64,000 nucleotides of DNA, from assembly GCF_963921235.1 (NCBI RefSeq), contig NC_086097.1, positions 170,316,001 to 170,380,000 on the forward strand. Reading direction: 5' to 3'. The notes beneath the pieces were generated by a model that saw only the letters and a program-made list of their open reading frames with translations, was not told the DNA's origin and did no database searches. The DNA is from Mobula hypostoma (Eukaryota). Of this stretch, positions 27,201 through 40,098 are shown one piece after another (positions within the stretch are counted from its first letter, which is position 1; each line of letters begins with the position of its first letter). The position numbers were made by a program, and so were the translations under genes.

Positions 27201-29533
27201 TAAGCCCACCGGAGGATCCACTGTTCTGGATTGGGTGTTGTGAAATGAACTAGATTTGATTAGAGGAACTTAAGGTAAAAGAACCCTGAGGGGCAAGTGA
27301 TCATAATATGATGGAATGCACCCTGAAATTTCAGAAGGAGAAGCTGAAGTCAGATGTATCAGTATTACGGTAGAGTAAAGGGAATTACAAAGTCACGAGA
27401 AATGATTTGGCCAGAATTGATTGGAAAAGAACACTGGCAAGGATGATGGCAGAGCAGCAATGGCTGGAAATTCTGGAAGCAATTTAGAAGGCACGGGATG
27501 TATGTATCCCAAAAAGGAAGAATTATTCTAAAGGCAAGTTGACACACAGTGGCTAACAGGGGAACTCAAAACCAATATAAAAGCCAAAGAGAGAGCATAT
27601 ATAGAGCAAAAATTACTGAGAAATTAGAGGATTGAGACGCTTTTTAAAACCTACAGAAGGCAACTAAAAAAGTTATTAAGGAGATAAAGATGGAATATGA
27701 AAGAAAGCTAGCCAATAATATTAAATAGGATACCAAAAGCTTCATCGGCTACATAAAGTGTAAAAGAGAAGCAAAAGTAGATATCAGACTGCTGAAAAAA
27801 GAAGCTGCTCAAGGGGTAATGGTGGGGGACAAGGAAATGGGAGATAAACTGAATCAATATTTTGCATCAGTTTTCACTGTGGAAGACATTTGCAGTTGTG
27901 GTGGAATTTCAGGGTGGCTGGGGTCATGAAGTGTGTGAAGTTACCAATTTGAGAGAGAAGGCTTTTGGGAAACTGGAAGGTCTGAAGGTAGATAAGCCAC
28001 TTGGACCAGATGGTGTACAGTCCAGGGTTCTGAAAGAGGTGGATGAAAAGATTGTGAAGGCATTAGTAATGATCTTTCAAGAATTACTGGGTTCTGTAAT
28101 GGTTCCAGAAGGCTGCAGAATTGCAAATGTCACTCCACTCTTCAAGAAGGGAGAGAAGCAGAAGAAAGGAAATTATTGGCCAGTTGGTCTGGCCTCAGTG
28201 GTTGGGAAGATGTTGGAATCAATTAAGGATGAGGTCTCAGGGTACTTGGAGACACATGATAAAATAGGCTGTAGTCAGTATGGTTTCCTTAAGGGAAATT
28301 CTTGCTTGAGAAATCTGTAGGAACTCTTTGAAGAATTAACAAGCAGGATAGACAAAGGAGAATTGGTTGATGTTATGTATTTGTATTTTCAGAAGGCATT
28401 TGACAACGTGCCACACGTGAGGTTGCTTAACAAGCTAAGAGCTATGGTATTACAGAAAAGATTCTAGCATGGATAAAGCAGTGCTTGATTGACAGGAGGC
28501 AAAGAATGGGAATAAAGGGAGCTTTTTCTGGTTGGTTGCCGGTGACTAGTGTTGTTCCACAGAGGTCTGTGTTGGAACTGCTCTGCTTTTTATGTTATAT
28601 GTCAATGATTTGGATGATGGAATTGATGGCTTTGTTGCAAAGTTTGCAGACGATATGAAGATGGTTGGATGGGCAGGTAGTTTTGAGAAAGTAGAGAGGC
28701 TACAGAAGGACTTAGAGAGACGAGGAGAATGGGCAAAAAAATAGCAGGTGGAATACAGTGTCGGGAAGTGTATAGTCAAGCACTTTGGTAGAAGAAATGA
28801 AAGTGATGACTTTTTTCTAAATGGAGAGAACAGAGGTGCAAAGGAATTTGGGAGTCCTTGTGCAGGATTCCCTAAAGGTTAATTTGCAGGTTGAGTCTGT
28901 GATGAGGAAGGTAAATGTGATGTTAGCATTGATTTCAAAAGGAAGAGCATATAGAAGCAAGAATGTAATGTTGAAGCTTTATAAAGCACTGGTGGGGCCT
29001 CACTTGGAGTATTGTGAGCAGTTTTGCACTCATTATCTTAGAAAGGACATGCTGAAACTGGAGAGGTTTCAAAGGAGGTTCACGAAAATGATTCCAGGAT
29101 TGAATGGCTTGTTATATGAAGAGCATTTGATGGTTCTGAGCCTGTATTCACTAGAATGAAGGGTGACCTCATTGAAACCTATTGAATGGTGAAAGACCAG
29201 GATAGATTGGATGTGGAGAGGATGTTTCCTATGGCGGAAAAGTCTAAGCCAGAGGACACAGCTTCAGAATAGAAGAGTGTTCTTTTAGAACGGAATTGAG
29301 GAGGAATTTCTTTAGGCAGAGAGTTCTTTGCTTCTGGCAGCTGTGGAGGTTATGTCTTTATGTATATTTAAGGCAGAGGTTGATAGATTCTTGATTGGTC
29401 GGGACATGAAGGGATACAGAGAAAAGGCAGGAGATTGGGACTGAGAGGGAAATTGGATCAGCAATGATGAAGTAGAGGCAGAGTAGACTTGATGGGCTAA
29501 ATGGCCCAATTCTGCTCCGACATCTTATGGTCT
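27200..29533 (+). mobile_element. 5'-truncated degraded CR1 LINE
   Basis: SDH, ANVTPLFKKG, KFADD and LYKALVGPHLEYC; tail tcttatggtctt. Confidence 0.92.
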
Positions 29534-31569
29534 TATTATTATTATTATTATTATTATTTTATTTTAAATTTTCTCATCTCAAGCTGGTAAAACCTGAGAT
29601 ACGGGCATAGCCAATAACATTCATTTCTCAACTGCTAGGTCATCTTGGACTATTCTATTAGTGTTTAGTATTGTGACTTTCTGAAGATTTACATAGATAT
29701 TGCAATGTGGGCCCAACTGTTTAATGCTCTTGTGCAGTGACTCTGCAATGATACAATTGTACATATTACCATTAGGAAAATGTATACCCTGTTCATGTTT
29801 CATTGTTTTTCAATTTCCTATTCTAATTCAGCATATTTCTGTTGTTTTTTCACTTGTTGATTTCTGTATGTTATGTGTGTTTGAAATGGCTGCATCAATT
29901 AAGTTGTTCTTGCTTGTTTATCCTGTAATGTTATATTTGGATGGTTATTATGGATTGTCCTATCTGTAATACTGCATCAGTTGTAATATAATTTGTAGGG
30001 CTCTGACTCTAAAACTGGATCAAGCTTGTATTTATAGTAAGGAATGGTGTCTTTTATGAGTTTGTATCTTCAAGCAAGATTTTGGTGAATGGTTTTGCCA
30101 CTTGATTGTGCCAGCGTAAATTGCTACAGCAACCTGTAATTTATTGGATTTCTTCTGGTTTTTCTTGGAATTTTTTGCACTTATCATCTTGAATTTGTAG
30201 GTCTTTTATTATGTATTTATGACACTACTTTATATTCGCCCCCTGCTCCTGAATTTCCACAAGGAATCACTGTTTCTGGGAAGCAGTCGCCCAACGTTGA
30301 GCATGATGTTCGATACTTCCTTGTTGACATCTAGTCTACTCAGATTGTGTGGATGTCTTCCATGGAATGTCATGCTCTTTCATTGGTTAACTTTTTCTTT
30401 TATCGTGGGAACTCCTTCATTTTTCTGGCATTTGTGTATACTTCTTATCAGAATTGCAAATGCTCTCATAGAACGCTGAATACTGTTTTGGTTGAAGAAA
30501 GTATTTCCTTTGAAGTTTTATTTGACTTCTTTTGTAAATTTGTCATGTCTGTTATGTCTCTTCCTCCTTCTGTCTGAGGTAGTGTTATTTGAAGTGCACA
30601 TTGTAATTTCTAAAATTTGTTATCTAAGTTCTTATTTTTCTTTGTAAATTTTCCAGATCAGTTTCTGACCAAGATATTATGCCAAAAGAATATTTTGACA
30701 TAGGTATAGCAAAGGTGTTTATTGCCTTTGTTATATTTTTACTATTGAGTTCTGTTTGGCAGATTAAACCTTGAAGTAAATTCTGTCAAAAGTTTCCCCT
30801 TTATCGCACTATGATGTCTTTACATTGCTTGTTGATATCCTAGTTACTTATGTGTATGTTTCATATTCATTCATTGGTTGTATTGTGTTCTGCTGCTCTG
30901 TTTTATATTCTACTAACTCTATTGCACCTTTCTTTATGTTTAATGTTCTGCTCTTATCTAGTCCAAGGTTCATGTTTATATCTTTAGAAAATAGTTCTAC
31001 TATTTGATTTAATTGTTTTAGCTTTACTAATGAAAGAACATATAATTTCAAATCATCCACATATAGAAAGTTTGTCAAAGCATAATTCATTTTTTTTTCT
31101 AATTTGATACTCAAATTTCATCTGATTCAGTAAATTTGAGAGCAGGTTTAAAGCTAGACAAAACCATAGTGGCCTTACAGAGCCACCCTAGAAAACGCCC
31201 CGTGTTTTTTTATATAACAGTGGTTGTTCATAGACCGGGTGATTATAGTATGTCAATGCTTCATCAGATGTAGGAATTTCACACGTTTATATTAAGAACT
31301 CCTATTAAATATGAGTGTGAGACATGAATCAAATGCGCTTTGGTCGTCAATATCACAGCATGATGAAAGATGTTTGCTTTTCCTCCAGGCTTGATCTAGA
31401 GTTACAGAATCTATTATCAGTTCTTTATATCTTTTCATACCCGATGGCATCCTTTCTGCTCTTCTGTAAATATATTGTGGTTATCTAAGTGAGTGGTGAT
31501 AAGTTGTGAATGCATGATGTTATAATTTTATATATAGTTTGTAAACAAGTAACAATATTTTCATAGGTC
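29534..31569 (-). mobile_element. R4/Dong-clade non-LTR retrotransposon remnant (RT, CCHC-like motif, REL endonuclease)
   Basis: TCLQTIYKIITSCI, EEQKGC, LWFCLALN, LYVDDLKLY..FSKDINMNLGLDK, decayed Zn knuckle, HNQVAK, PDITLQDK, LQKVTILNT; (TAA)n tail. Confidence 0.85.
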
Positions 31570-31733
31570 ATTATTATTATCATTTTTCTTTCTTTTTGTA
31601 TTTGCATAATTTTACTTTTGCACACTGGTTTTCCACCCTGTTGGTGAGGTCTTTCATTAATTCTATTATGGTTATTGGATTTATTGTGTATACCCACAAG
31701 AAAATGAATCTCGGTTGTATATGGTGACATTTA

Positions 31734-32132
31734 CAGTTGAAGTCAGAAGTTTACATACGCCTTAGCCAAATAGATTTAAACTCAGTTTTTCACAATTCCT
31801 GACATTTAATCCAAGAAAACATTCCCTGTCTTAGGTCAGTTAGGATCACTACTTTATTTTAAGAATGTGAAATGTCAGAATAATAGTATAGAGAATTATT
31901 TATTTCAGCTTTTATTTCTTTCATCACTTTCCCAGTGGATCAGAAGTTTACATACACTTTGTTAGTATTGGTAGCATTGCCTTTAAATTGTTTAACTTGG
32001 GTCAAACGTGTTGGGTTGCTTTCCACAAGCTTCTCACAGTAAGTTGCTGGAATTTTATTCCATTCGTCCAGACAGAACTGGTGTAACTGAGTCAGGTTTG
32101 TAGGCCTCCTTGCTCACACACGCTTTTTCAGT
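31734..32132 (-). mobile_element. Sleeping Beauty-like Tc1 transposon right end (IR/DR 31734-31958 plus transposase C-terminus 31962-32131)
   Basis: TA|CAGTTGAAGTCAGAAGTTTACATAC outer DR; CCCAGTGGATCAGAAGTTTACATACAC inner DR; peptide LKKRV*ARRPTNLTQLHQFCLDEWNKIPATYCEKLVESNPTRLTQVKQFKGNAT. Confidence 0.93.
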
Positions 32133-32210
32133 GACCACATCAGGCATCATCTATGAATTTTGATCTGAAATACTTAATCTGCTTCTCTTTCCACAGATGG
32201 TACCAGACTT

Positions 32211-32398
32211 CATAGACACAAAAATTTCTGCAGATGCAATGCACTCAACATGCTGGAGAAACTAAGCATCTATGGAGTGAAAGAAATAGTTGTTTCCATG
32301 TAGCCCTGATTAAGGATCTTGCTTCGAAAAGTCGATGGTTAATTTCTCTCCATAGACGCTACCTGACTTATTGAGTTCCTCCAGTATTTTGTTTGTGT
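32211..32398. mobile_element. Palindromic PLE mini-element with 13-bp TSD inside an older pLTR remnant
   Basis: Inverted pLTR arms; tggtacca(g/t)actt at 32198-32210 and 32399-32411. Confidence 0.7.
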
Positions 32399-32434
32399 TG
32401 GTACCATACTTACTAAGATTTTCTGTATTATTCT

Positions 32435-33225
32435 TCAAAAGTTAAAGTTCAAAGTAAATTTATGTATGTGTCACCATATACAACATGAGATTCATTTTCC
32501 TGTGGGCATATTCAGGAAACCTGTAGAATTGTGACTATTACAGGATCAATGAAAGATCATCTAGAGTGCAGATAACAAACTGTGAAAATGCAAGTATCAA
32601 TAAATAGCAGTAGATAACAAGAAATTGAAATAACAAGATAAAGAGTCCTTAAAATGAGATAAATGGTTGTGGGAACATCTCAGTGGATGGACAAGTGAGT
32701 GTAGTTAACCCCTTTGTTCAAGAGCCTGATGGTTGTGGGGTAGTAACTGTTCTTGAACTTGGTGATATGAGTCCTAAGGCACTTGTACCTTCTACCTGAG
32801 GCAACAGTGAGAAAAGTGTATGGCCTGTGTGGTTAGGATCTCTGATGATAGATGCTACGACAGTGTTTTATGTAGATGTGCTCAATGGTTGGAAGGACTT
32901 TACCTGTGACATACTGGGGCAGATCCACTACCTTTTGTAGGATTTTCCATTCAAAGGTATTGTTGCTTCCATAACAGGCCTTGATGCAGCACTCTCCACT
33001 ACACATCTATAGAAACTTGTCAAAGTTTTAGATGTCCTGCCAAATACCCACAGACTCCTAAGGAAGTAGAGGTTCTGCTGTGATTTCTTTGCAATTGCAC
33101 TAATGTGCTGGGTCAAGAACAGTTCTTCTGAAATAGTAATATCCAGGAACTTAAAGTAGCTAACCCTCTCTACCCCTGGAGGACTGGCTCATGGGTTTCT
33201 GGTTTTCCTCTCATGAAGTCAAACT
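32435..33225 (-). mobile_element. Rex1/Babar 3' fragment
   Basis: AKKSQQNLYFLRSL..TLTSFYRCVVES; tail aaagttcaaagtaaattt. Confidence 0.75.
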
Positions 33226-33339
33226 AAACATAGGGAGGGAACGTCGGGAACATAAAATGCAAGAAATATTCAGCAGGCTGGCTCTGTGGGAAGTAAAACA
33301 GAGGTTAACTTTACAGGTCCGAGAACTTGGACAGACAGC

Positions 33340-33680
33340 CGTTGATCGTGTGGATAGTCAGAGGCTTTTTCCCAAGGCTGAAATGGCTAACATGAGAGGG
33401 CACAGTTTTAAGGTGCTTGGAAGTAGGTACAGAGGAGATGTCAGGGGTAAGTTTTTTTACGCAGAGAGTGGCGAGTGCGTGGAATGGGCTGTCAGCGATA
33501 GTGGAGGTACATACAATAGGGTCTTTTAAAAGAGTCCTGGATAGGTATATGGAGCTCAGAAAAATAGGAGGGCTATGGGTAACCCTAGATAATTTCTCAG
33601 GTAAAGACATGTTCAGCACAGCTTTGTGGGCCGAAGGGCCTGTGTTGTGCTGTAGGTTTTCTATGTTTTTATGTTTCTAG
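33340..33680 (+). mobile_element. CR1 3' end fragment
   Basis: DRVDSQRLFPKAEMANMRGHSFKV; closely matches 16520-16870. Confidence 0.88.
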
Positions 33681-36600
33681 AACTGAGATGGAGACAAAAT
33701 AAGCTTGTTAAAGTGGCAGGGAGAGTGGAGGAGAGGGTGTCTCTGATTGTGTAAAATGCTGGTGACAATAAGGATAGGTTTGCTAATTGTAAAATGTCTT
33801 TGGTGCAGTCATTTACAGCTGTACTTTCTCCTTGACAGTTTAACCATTTGGAGACCTGGGGAGTAACACCACAGACCATGATCAATGCTATCAAGGTTCT
33901 CCACAGAAACCATATTGTCAAATGGAAGCTGGTTCTTCATCTGTCTGTGGTACATGAATCTTCTGATTTCTGATTCTCTGTGGTTGTGTAGATGTTTTTG
34001 GAGGTTGGTCAAAACTGAAAGCTGGTTAATGAAGTGTCATGCCTTATTGTAAAGCACTTTGGTTCAAATCACACAGGGTGGATTTACATCAGCCTGACAA
34101 CTTTGAGAAATTGGTTTGTGGCCAAGGGAAAACACATCAGGTGCTGCTTTCTGCACAGAACAGTGAGAAATCTAATGAGGTTCTAATGGGTTCATTAAAT
34201 ATTTTAACTGTAGATATATTTCTAGCTTACTTTACTGCTTGCTAGTGTTCATGCCAGTTCCTGGTGCACTGAGCAGCGTTATTGTTCCTGAATAAGAAAG
34301 CTGACAGTTCGAGTTGCTTTCTCCTGACACATGGACATGTTGTCCTGCTCGTGTTGATGAGGGAGTGTGTGCAGTCAGAGGTTTAAGCTGACAATTAAGG
34401 TGTTAAAATGAGGCCTTCTTTTCAGTTACTGAATCTGGCTATGACCATGTGTCTGTGAGATCTTACTGTGAACAAAGAGGCTACAGAGTTTGAACCAACT
34501 GGCACAACCTTAATCATAGTTTAGCAACATTATGACAACTTTGATCTCTGTGGTTTTTTAAAATCTGTTTTAACTGTGTTCTTTCTTGTATAAATTGTGT
34601 GCAATGTATGTTTATCTTGTGAATGCTGCTTATATGATGCTATGTGCCTGCGATGCTGATGGAACCATGTTTTCAATGAACCTGTGCATGCGTGTACTTG
34701 TGCATTTGACAATAAACTCAACTTTGGCTTTGATTTAGCATTTCAGTGGTTTGTTGAATTATAAAGTAGTTTGGAAGGTCTGGGGGTCATGTAATATGCA
34801 ATAAAAATGTCTTTTTCTTTGTTAAGTCATCTTTGATCGTACTTCAGCTCCTGCTGCCTGAAAGAAGGTCCATATATTCTATGATTTTCCTGTGACCATA
34901 AGGGCTTCCACTGGGGGCACTGATTGTCTGCCACACCAGAAAGATGCGCAAGTTAGTAGGTTATTTGACCACCAAAACTTCCAATCCAAGTGGATGTCCA
35001 GAATTGGGTTGTAGAGGAATTAAATAAATGAAAGTACTTCTTATCTTTCAACATACTGAAACCTTTTGCTTTCAGTCCCAATGTATTGTATTTAGTGAAT
35101 TGGAATTGAAATTCGAATTGGTTTTTATTGCACATGAACTGAGACGTAGTGAGAAACCTTTCATGCATGCTATTCATGCAGATCAAATTACCCAGTGCAT
35201 TGAAGTAGAACAAGGTAAAACAATAACAATGCAGAATAAAGTGTAACAGCTACAAAGTGCAGTGCAGGTAAATAATAAAATAAAATTTGAAGGATTGTAG
35301 CTATTTGAGTGATACATCACTTCATTTCATTCCTCATTGTTCAGTCCCTTTATCCTGAGACTGTCCCTGCAGCTGAAGACTCCCTACTAAAGGCCTATAG
35401 CTATTTAGAACTGCCCTGTCAATATCCCTCTGAATTTTCTGAGTTTTAATACCGTAATAAAATTTCTCTTGGCACGTTTTCAGAAGGCATGTTTCCTCAC
35501 AAGAAGTGAAAAGCAAAAAGAAATTACGATATTCATCCTGATCATATAGTGATGTAAATGGCCATATAAATTATCAGTGTAGATGTAATGAGGATCATAA
35601 GAAGGTGTAACAATTTGCAAAAAGTCAAAATCGAGTGTAGCTTTATTTTGAACATGGATTGGATGCCCAAATAACGTTGAGTTGCATTTTCCTGTTTGTG
35701 ACAGGAGGGAATAATATTAAACAATAATAGTCCGTAGAATAATTAAACAATTTTGCTACTTTGTGACCCATGATTATGTCAATATGGAGATTAATAATCT
35801 GGAGACTGGAGTTGTCCAGCAGATCGAAGTGTTAAATATATAGAGGATGAAATGATGAAATTGGACTCTGTCTGCTCTTTTCTGTTAAAGTTTAATGGCA
35901 TCTCCATCATTGTTAAATTGAAAGCACTAATGATACAATACAGCTCCCAGAGAAACAAAGGAAACACACTCAATCCAATTGTCTGAGTAAAAGGATGACT
36001 GGTAACCTGTTATTAATACTGTGGCTTCTCACAGATTATGAAAAGCTGCTGTAATTATCATGCAGGCTGTGGTCATTGCTTACTTCAATTAGTGATCACA
36101 CTGTCATAGTTTGCACAGGTGAGGAAACATTGGACATCTTCTTCAAAGAAAAGTTCTAAGTCTTAAGTGGTTTTGCAGTGTGGAATTAAACAATTACTTC
36201 TCAGATAATATTGGCAAGCTGACATTCACCACCTATCCTCAATTGTCTCAAGACCTCCAGCCATACTGAGGTGAGATTATATTCCTATATAGTTCTTTGC
36301 CATCTCCATTGTAACCCATTCCTTTATTTCCTACCCAGTCTCTTGTAAAGATGCTATTCCTTTCTCTCAGTTTCTCTACCTCTATTGTCAAGGTGAGGCT
36401 TTCCACTCCCGGACATCTGAAATGTCTTCATTTTGGAGGAAATTTGTTACTTCCCTGTTTCTTGTTTCCCTGCAACACTGCAACTTAATCTCTCTCACAC
36501 ATGCTCTTCAATTCCTCTTTGAATCATATTTAGCCATTAACACACACCAGGACTTAACTTACAATTAATTCACAAATAACTTAATGGATATTAAAGGAAT

Positions 36601-37754
36601 AAAGTATATAAATATAGGGCAAGACCAATCCCTTTACCCCATTAATTTTCATTCTACCTTGTTCCCCTTACAGTTCCATCATTTCTATCACTCACACTTC
36701 ATGGGGGCAGTTTACAGTGGTTAACGAATCTCCCAACTCTCAGTACTTTGGGATGTGGGAAAAGCTGGAGCATCTGGAGGAGACCTGTGTGATAACAAGG
36801 AGAAAGGGTGAGCTCCATCTGATTTTTTAAAAATTTGTCCAATGTAACATTGGTTGAGGTTTACAATATATTAGTTTGGCATTTGACTTGTGTCTACCTT
36901 GTCATCAGTAAGAACAGTATAAGTATCTTTGAGAATATATTCATATTTGTGATATGGCATTTCTGTCCATGAATTTCCAGGATAAATATCACATCCTAAT
37001 CATGCTTTGCAGTTACGGCTATTGGTGTGTGAAGGCATTTGTGACTATTGACTACCCTAAACATTGGTCATTGAAACAGACAATGCGTTGCATTTGATTT
37101 TGTACCTTCTGTACTTACCAGACTGACCTGAGACACTGGAGATTCAGCAGATGCTGAAAATCCAGAGCAACACACAAAATGTTGGAGGATCTCAGGGTGT
37201 CAGGCAGCATCTCTGGAGGGAAATGTGCAGTTGAGGTTTCCAGCCAAGATCTGATGGAGTCAAATGCACCATTCCTGTGCTCTACTGCTCGAAATGCATT
37301 GACGTTTATATGTACTTTTATCTTGAAAACCTGCTGCATCCCGCATCCACTTGATGCAGAGCTTGTTTCAGGAGCGAAGATTTCCCTGCTGCCTTCTAAC
37401 TACATGCTGTTGTTTGTGACTTCTGTGGGATAAAATCCCTTGGCATATTTTGCTGCTTTTTTCATCAAAGTTAAAATTTTACAAGCGAGATCAAACATAA
37501 GCTTAACAATCCATTCATCGTTTAAAATTAACATAAATCTATTCCACAACCTGTGGTTTAAAGTTTATATCTGCATTATCTGCACAAGTCCTGTTTCTTG
37601 TTCTGTTTGATTACTTGTTCTACAATATTCTAACTGTTCGATCGGACTGTGGATTGAAATAATCGTCCAATTTCTGAAATAAATCCATGAATAGAACTTT
37701 TTCTTTTTTGTAGATGTAATTGACCGCTGATGGAAAGGCAAGGTTTGATTACTA

Positions 37755-38245
37755 ATAGTTAGCATGGCTTTGTGTGTGAGAAATCATACCTTGTGAAGTT
37801 GATTCAATTCTTTGAAGAAATAACCAAGAGGATTGACGAGGGTGGGGCAGTAGACATGGTCTATGTGGACTTGAGCATGGTTTTTGACAAGTTCCCTCAT
37901 AATAGACTAGTTTGACAGGGTAGATAGCATGGAATCCACGGTGAGCTAGCCAACAGGGTGCAACGTCAGTTTAGTGGAAGGATGCAGAGGGTGAAGTGGA
38001 GGGGTGTTTTTTATTTTTTTGGATTGGAGTTGGTGATCAGTGGCATGCCATTTGGAATTATGTTGGGTCCCCTGTTATTTTGTCATCTATATGAATGAGT
38101 TAGATGATAATGTTGTTAACATGGTTAGTAAATTTGTGAATGACACCAACACTGGCAGAATAGTGGACAGTGAAGAGAGTTTACAAATTGATGTGGTCCA
38201 ACTTAGGAAATGAGCCATAGGATGGGAAACAGAATTTAACTGGTA
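37755..38245 (+). mobile_element. Degraded CR1 RT fragment
   Basis: HGF..FFEEITK..FDKFPH..KFVND-like motifs. Confidence 0.7.
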
Positions 38246-38365
38246 AGGTTTTCTGGTTTAAGATAGTACTGGTGAAGAACAGTGACAACTTTCTGGCAGC
38301 AAACGCACCCTATTAACTACTTTATTGCTCACATTTTTTCTCAAAAACGGTCACTGCAATCAATA

Positions 38366-39537
38366 ACATACACAATATGTTGGAGGAACTCACCAGATCA
38401 GGCAGCATCTATGTAAATGAATAAACCGTCAATGTTTCAGGCCGAGATCCTTCTTCAGGAGTTGAAAGGAAGGGGAAGACGCCAGAATAAAAAGCTGGGC
38501 GAGGGGAAGGAGGATAGCTAGAAGGTGATAAGTGAAGTCAGGTGGGTAGGAAAGGTAAAGGGCATGAGAGGAAAGTGGACCATAGCTGAAAAAGAAGGAG
38601 GAGAGGACCCCAGGGAGGTGATAGGCAGTTGAAAAGATTAAGAGGCCGGAGTGGGGAACAGAAGAAGAGGGTAGAGAAAGCGACGTAACTTTTAAAATTT
38701 TTTTAAAAACTGGAAACAGAAATCGATATTCATGCCATCAGGTTGGAGGCTACCCAGCTGGAATATAAGGTGTTGCTCCTCCACCCTGAAGATGGCCTCA
38801 TCATGGCACAAGAGGAGGTCATGGGCTGACATGCCAGTGAAGGAATGGGAGTAGGAATTAAAGTGCTTGGCCACTGGGAAACTCTGCTTTTGTGGGAGAG
38901 GGAGAAAGAGAGAGAGATATCATTTTGGAGGTAGCAGAAGTTATGTTGGATGTGGTAGGTAAGGCCAAGAGGAATTCAATCACTGTTAAGGTGGCAGGAA
39001 GCAGGTGGCCAAACATTTTATTTCTAACTTCTATTCCCATTCAGACATGTTGATCCATAGACTCCTCTAGTGCCAAGATGAGGCCACCCTCAGGGTGGAG
39101 GAGCAACATCTTCTATTCCGTCTGTGTAGCCTCCAACCGATGGTATGGATGTTGATTTCTCCTTCTGGTTAAAAAAATCCCTCCCCCTCCTCTCTTCTAT
39201 TCCCCACTCTGGCCTCTTACCCCTTCTCAACTGCGTATCACCTCCTCCTTCCCTTCCTCCTATGGTCCATGCTCCTCTCCTATCAGATTCCTCCCTCTCC
39301 AGCCCTTTTCCTCTTCCACCCACCTGGCTTCACATATCACCTTTTCTCAATCCTCCTTCCCCTCCCCCCATCTTGTTATTCTGCATTTTCTCCCTTCCTT
39401 TGCAGTCTTGATAAAGAGTCTCAGCCCAAAATGTTGACTGTTTATTCATTTCCATTGATGCGACCTGACCTGCTGAATTTGTTGGGGGCGTGTTGTTTTG
39501 CATTTCCAGCATCTGCGGAATCTCCTGTGGTTATGAT
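38366..39537. mobile_element. Large fold-back PLE insertion (two inverted 3' ends) with 15-bp TSD
   Basis: Minus arm ~38370-38880 (VEEQHLIFQLGSLQPDGMN), plus arm ~39005-39530; tcactg(ca/ta)(a/g)tcaata at 38351-38365 and 39538-39552. Confidence 0.85.
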
Positions 39538-40098
39538 TCACTGTAGTCAATAGCCTGTAACTTCCCTTTTGGAGCTGAGCTTTTGAACCACCTGTACAAT
39601 CTGGTATTTCACTTTGTTAAGTTACTTGGTTAGTTATTCTAAAGGTACTTTGACAATTACACGGATTGGAAAGGTTTAGGGTAGGTGCTACCTATTATAG
39701 TGTCTCTTCTTCAGCTGAAAAAAACCATAGTGGACAGTGTGATCGTGGGATCGTCGCAACAGGAGGAACGAGGGGCTTGGGAGAGCGAGCGCTGAGTGCT
39801 GGGAAGCAGCTCAGGTGAGTGTGCTTTAAAAAGGAGCGTGGAGGGCGACTGAGAGGTTAAACAGAGTGTTGATTAGTTGATCAGAGGGAGTGAGTACTTG
39901 AGATAATTGGCAGGGACAAATAAAAGGAGGGGTAACTGAAGAGGAGCGGCCAGTGTGTGAGTGGCTCGGAGTAGGAGTGGAGCTTTGAGACTTTGGCTCG
40001 AGAAGCTTCGGCGAGCAGAGGCTGAGGACGAGCCTGCTCCCAGTGAGGTAAGGCCGGGTAAATTCCTTTAATGAATTTAATTAACTTAGGAGTAGGTA

